A stretch of 64,000 bases of DNA, from NCBI GenBank assembly GCA_010909165.1, contig MU008189.1, positions 372,001-436,000 on the forward strand, written 5' to 3'. A program made the translations under genes and the position numbers. Shown here piece by piece: positions 59,326 to 64,000 of this stretch. Under the pieces are notes generated by a model that worked only from the letters and a program-made list of their open reading frames with translations, was not told where the DNA came from and did no database searches. The number at the start of each line of letters is the position of its first letter. Position 1 is the stretch's first letter. Source of the DNA: Anthoceros angustus (lineage: Eukaryota > Plantae > Anthocerotophyta).

Positions 59326-59739
59326 GGGCATCAGCCCTGTCGGTTGATGCAACCGATAACTGTAGGAGATCCCCGCCGCATGACATGACCACACAAGGGT
59401 TAAAACCAGTGGCAGTCAACCGCCGAATGCACGATGCGGATTCCCGGGAATCAAATTGTACATTACCACACATAAACAGGCGACCCAGCTCAAATTTCCG
59501 CCCTGGCGTGCTGCTTTCAAAGTGTGCACAGATTCCGGCACCTTGGGAATCCAACACAATTTGCCAAACAGCATGGAAGAGGATAACAATTTGCTGTGCC
59601 AACATTTCTTGCCTTCTCGCAAGCCAATGGAAGAGAAAAGGAAGTGGAATCGGTGGCCTATTCTACACTGAGTACTGTACACCTTTGAGCCGTTACACAT
59701 ACATATATGGTTGTGGGGTGAGATGGATGATGACGGGCC

Positions 59740-62700
59740 TCATTTGTCGTCTCTCTCTGCAACAAGCAACCAGAACTGACTTAACATGTTAACCTTCAGT
59801 GGACGACAGCCCGAGAAAGAAGATGAGGCAGATGAACCGGTACCTGATATTTGGAGGAGAACTGAACCATCCGAAACTTGGTCACCGACGGCACCGATAG
59901 CTCCCTGTATTACGCCAGAAGTTGGCGCTCTCACGACATGCTGCATGCAACACGGGCAACAGGCCGCCAACGCACTCAGACCTGCTGCTGGGCGATAAAA
60001 CAATCAAAATGAAAGTGCTCAGGACAGAGATCGACTACCTCCATCTTCATGGCCTCCAAGACCAGCAGCGGATCATCTATCTGTACAGCTGCTCCACTTA
60101 CTACGTACACTTTGACAATACGGCCTGACATCGGTGATATCACCGCTCCTGGAACTTGAGAGCTTGTCGTTGCCTGCCTCTTGCTGGATTCTTCTCCAAG
60201 TACCTCTCTAACACCAAACATATTCACAGGCATGCTGAACTGGTGATGCTCATCGCCAGCCCATAAATGTACATGGTTAATGGCACCCTGCAGTTGCCAT
60301 CCAACAGAACATGTATCAGGAAAGTGTCCCACGGAGGCACTTCATAGCAAGTTCTAAAATCAGCCACACTCTCACCTCATTGTACTGTGCCAATGTCGCA
60401 GACGATGACACACCATCCACGTTGACTACGAGGTCTTGGCCACCATTGCCCACATTTTTCCCACTAATGATTGATATTTGCAATGATTGCTCCGCTTCAA
60501 CCTGCAGTTGCACGAGTTTTCATCATACGCACAACCTGACACACGGAAGAATTCTAAGCAATGCAGGAGTTCCTGCGCTGAGTACATACCTGCACCGCAA
60601 ACGTCAAGTCTTTTCTGTGGGTAACTTTGACATTGAATGGGATCACGAGATTGTGAGCTGCTTCATGCTTCCAGTCAAGCTGAAGACTCCGTGATAAGGT
60701 GTGATTAAGTCTGAAACCATTTACCGAAGGATGATTCCAGACTGAACCTTTCGCCTGATGTTTGCTTGCTATGAAGCCAAGAAGGATGCCACAGTTAGCC
60801 CAGCCAGTACAATTACAAGGCACAGTGCCTCAGTCATGAGATCAATATGCACTTAAACCTACAGACCTTTCAGGGAAGTCTCACTGTCACCCACACAGAT
60901 GGCAGCTGCTGCAACAGCTGCTCCAAACTTCACACCGGGCCTTCTTAGGATTGCCTCCTTCAAATCAGCACCACTCAACTCCGGTTGCGATGGCAAGAGC
61001 TCTGACTTATACCGTTCAATAAAATGTGTCTCAACCTCTCCAGCTTCAAATGCTGAATTGTAGGAGAGTGTCTTAAGAAAGTCAATATTGTTGGGTAAAC
61101 CTGCAATCTACAAGACAATTTTCTTTCAGGTCCTAGACATCATTTGCTTCACAACGCCCCTTTTGCAACCGCAGCACACAAAAGCTTTATCTGCCATGTC
61201 CTCTCTCAATCCATGCACTTGAAGCCATGAGCGAGCTAGGGTCACCGCAGTACAAACTCCACATATTAGGAAACTAAAAAAAAGGTCATGGAAAACCTGA
61301 AAGTCTGACAGCGTGGAGTGCAGTTTGGTCAAAGCTGCTTGACGATTGTGACCCCAGGCTACGAGCTTAGCTATCATAGGATCGTAGAACACACTGACAA
61401 TGTCTCCACTGCTGACACCCGTTTCCACTCTTACTGATATGACACAAACGTGATTCAGAAGGTGTGCAGATAAAGGTGGCCAAACAGCTTTAAAAGAGAG
61501 AGCTCGCCTTGAGAGCTGTAACCTGTCTTGGAGGTTGAAGGCGGCTGAAAATGTCGCAACGTTCCAGAAGCAGGCAGAAACCCTTTTGGCACATTCTCCG
61601 CATAAATACGAGCCTCAAAAGCATGGCCTTAACACAATTGAACAAGAGGTGGAGTTAAGATTGGGCCCTGGTATAAATCACCAAAGCGTAGATGACCTCA
61701 GGGGTAGATATTGTACCAGATAGACCAATCTCATGCTGCTGAAGAGGAAGCGGTTCACCATTTGCTACTCGAATCTGCCACTCGACTAGATCTTGTCCAG
61801 TGACCATCTCAGTCACCGGGTGCTCAACCTGCATAACCAGTTCATGAAACATTCGCATCACCGTAGCTGCCTTTCAATCTAACACAATAGGCAAGTCAAC
61901 CAGCTTTCATCTACAATACTGAGGTCGGTAAGCATTGCAAGTTACTTCAGGCCAAACCCTGCTCACTCTAGCAAACAAACAAACGAGGCTATCCTCAAAG
62001 ATTATGTTCAGACCTGCAGTCGTGTATTCATTTCCATGAAGTAAAACTCTCCCGTAAGAGTATCCACAATAAATTCCACTGTTCCTGCACTTTCATATCC
62101 GACAGCCTGTTCAAAGAAACCAGAATCAAGGACGCGGCGTATCTTGCCTGCCAACAGCTACATACTGACAGAAGAGACACAACCAAAATGGAAGAAGGAG
62201 GGTGACCTTTGCAGCGTCTACTGCCGCCTGACCAATCCTGTTGCGAAAATCTTCAGTGATGTGAGGCTGCATACAAGCTAAAGAAGCCTCTGTTAGACCA
62301 AGTCACAGTTCAGTAACAATGTACTCAGACCACAACGAGTCTTCCCACCAACTCTCGAAAGGCGATCTCATACCGCTGGGGATTCCTCAATAATCTTTTG
62401 ATGCCTCCTTTGAACGCTACAATCCCTTTCAAATAAGTGGACAACATTCCCATGCTTGTCCCCAAATATCTGAAACAACACACAATAAGGCTCTTTCAGC
62501 TAGTGGCCTGTTGGCTGCTATCTCCTATCTCCAGATGCAGGTCAAACGGGTTGCCCCGCTGCAGCATTCAAGACCAAGTCCGACATTCACCAGGACCAGG
62601 AATAAAATGAGTTTGACAGGGACTACCTGCACTTCAATGTGCCTTGGTTGAGACAGGTATTTCTCAATGAGAACGTGATCATTGCCAAAGGCAGATTTTG

Positions 62701-63890
62701 CCTCACGTTGAGCTCCTGCTAAACTCTCCAAAAACTGGTCTGGATTAGGAACAATCCTCATCCCCTGAAAAATGAAGTATACGATGCATCAGAGTCAAAA
62801 CCAAGACCCTACATTTGACTGTAAGCGGCCACCTCCTTTGCTCAACGTACTACAACATACCATATATGGTACCATAAGTGCATATACCTTTCCTCCACCG
62901 CCCTGTGTGGCCTTGATCAGCACCGGATACCCAATCCTATCTGCCTCGCGCTTCAGGACTTCAGTGGTCTGATCGTCTCCATGGTATCCAGGCACAACAG
63001 GCACACCCGCAGCAGTCATCAAGCGCTTCGAGACACTGCACACCAAAAAAACCTTCAAAGAATTAACAGAGGTTATAAGAGCATCATAAAAGTGGGACCA
63101 TGATTGTGCATGTTTTCACCTCTTATCTCCCATGTCATTAATGGCAGATGAAGGCGGACCAATGAAGGAAATGCCCTGTTCCTTGCACTTCTCAGCAAAT
63201 TGCATGTTCTCGGAAAGGAACCCGTAACCTGGATGCACTGCCTGAACCAACATGAAATCCACAGCACGTCAGTGGAAAAGCAAACAACTTGGCAGATAAC
63301 TACGCAGATAACTACTCACAAGAGCGAGGCACCCTCACCTGTGCACCAGTCAATTTGGCTGCCGCAAGAATGGCGGAGCCATTGAGATAGCTTGCCGCGG
63401 CAGGAGCCGGGCCTATAAACACTGCCTCATCCGCCTCCCGCACGTGCATTGCCAACCTGTCCTGCTCACTGTACACGGCTACAGTCTTCACTCCCATCCT
63501 CTTGCAAGTCTTTATAACGCGGCATGCGATCTCACCCCGGTTGGCGATCAACAGTTTCTTGATCGGTCCCGCCTTAGGCACATCCAAGCCCCGACCAGAT
63601 CCAACTCCAAAATCCGCGACCCCGCGACCACTAGAGAAATCCTTCACACAGGGAAACCATCTCCCGGGCGCAACGAGCGGATGCAAATCGCGCAGCGAAA
63701 GCTGAGGACGATTCAGCTCAGCGACAACACACAGAGCCCGCACCAGAAAGCCACGAGAATCGAAAACTCGAGACCGGTCGCCTGCTCCACCACACGCTCC
63801 TATACACCGATATCCAGGAAACACAGAAACCACACCCGAACAAGAACGCTGCCCGCACAACACAAGGTGCAGAATTCTTTTGCGGCCCAT
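59740..63890 (-). CDS. MCCA: 3-methylcrotonyl-CoA carboxylase alpha (biotin) subunit, mitochondrial (multi-exon; extreme C-terminus may be spliced differently)
   Basis: [101 protein letters not shown] (biotinyl Lys). Confidence 0.95.
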
Positions 63891-64000
63891 GGTGACAACG
63901 GCCTAGTCTCAGACAGCAAACGTTTACACCAAATTAACGCATCCACACCACACGCCTCCCGAGGCCCTCCTGCCTGCCCTACTTATTCAGCCCAATGCGC

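Noticed and set aside
62166-62177. TGACAGAAGAGA matches the start of miR156
   Set aside because: 12 nt only, within an MCCA intron, and no precursor hairpin seen.

Overview
Eukaryotic nuclear DNA from a gene-dense land plant with short (~80-150 bp) GT-AG introns. The style suggests a bryophyte, possibly a hornwort, but that is inference. About 17 protein-coding genes can be supported: GH5 endo-beta-mannanase, RNase H2 subunit B, a TrmA/RlmD-type RNA m5U methyltransferase, a TauE/SafE membrane protein (with probable homopolymer sequencing errors), an F-box protein, a conserved plant unknown, an orphan 190-aa protein, an ankyrin/coiled-coil protein, a LEA_1 protein, SKL2, WDR6, a secreted alpha/beta hydrolase, a purple acid phosphatase, THO7, a P-class PPR, TIC20-V, a Cys-rich At5g64816-like protein, a TBL/PC-esterase and MCCA. 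Three gene pairs are head-to-head with <300 bp between start codons. The main non-genic structure is a ~9 kb repeat island (46.7-55.6 kb): ~4.9 tandem copies of a ~1.59 kb unit, an older diverged partial copy, and a 26-bp minisatellite that appears to derive from a sub-motif of the unit. Other oddities are a perfect 37-bp inverted copy of coding sequence, a shared palindromic non-coding motif 30 kb apart, an ankyrin gene with one repeat per phase-0 exon, and AT-rich gene islands. No rRNA, tRNA, CRISPR or intact transposase was seen, and no complete new multi-gene system can be demonstrated from sequence alone. Exon boundaries were read by eye.
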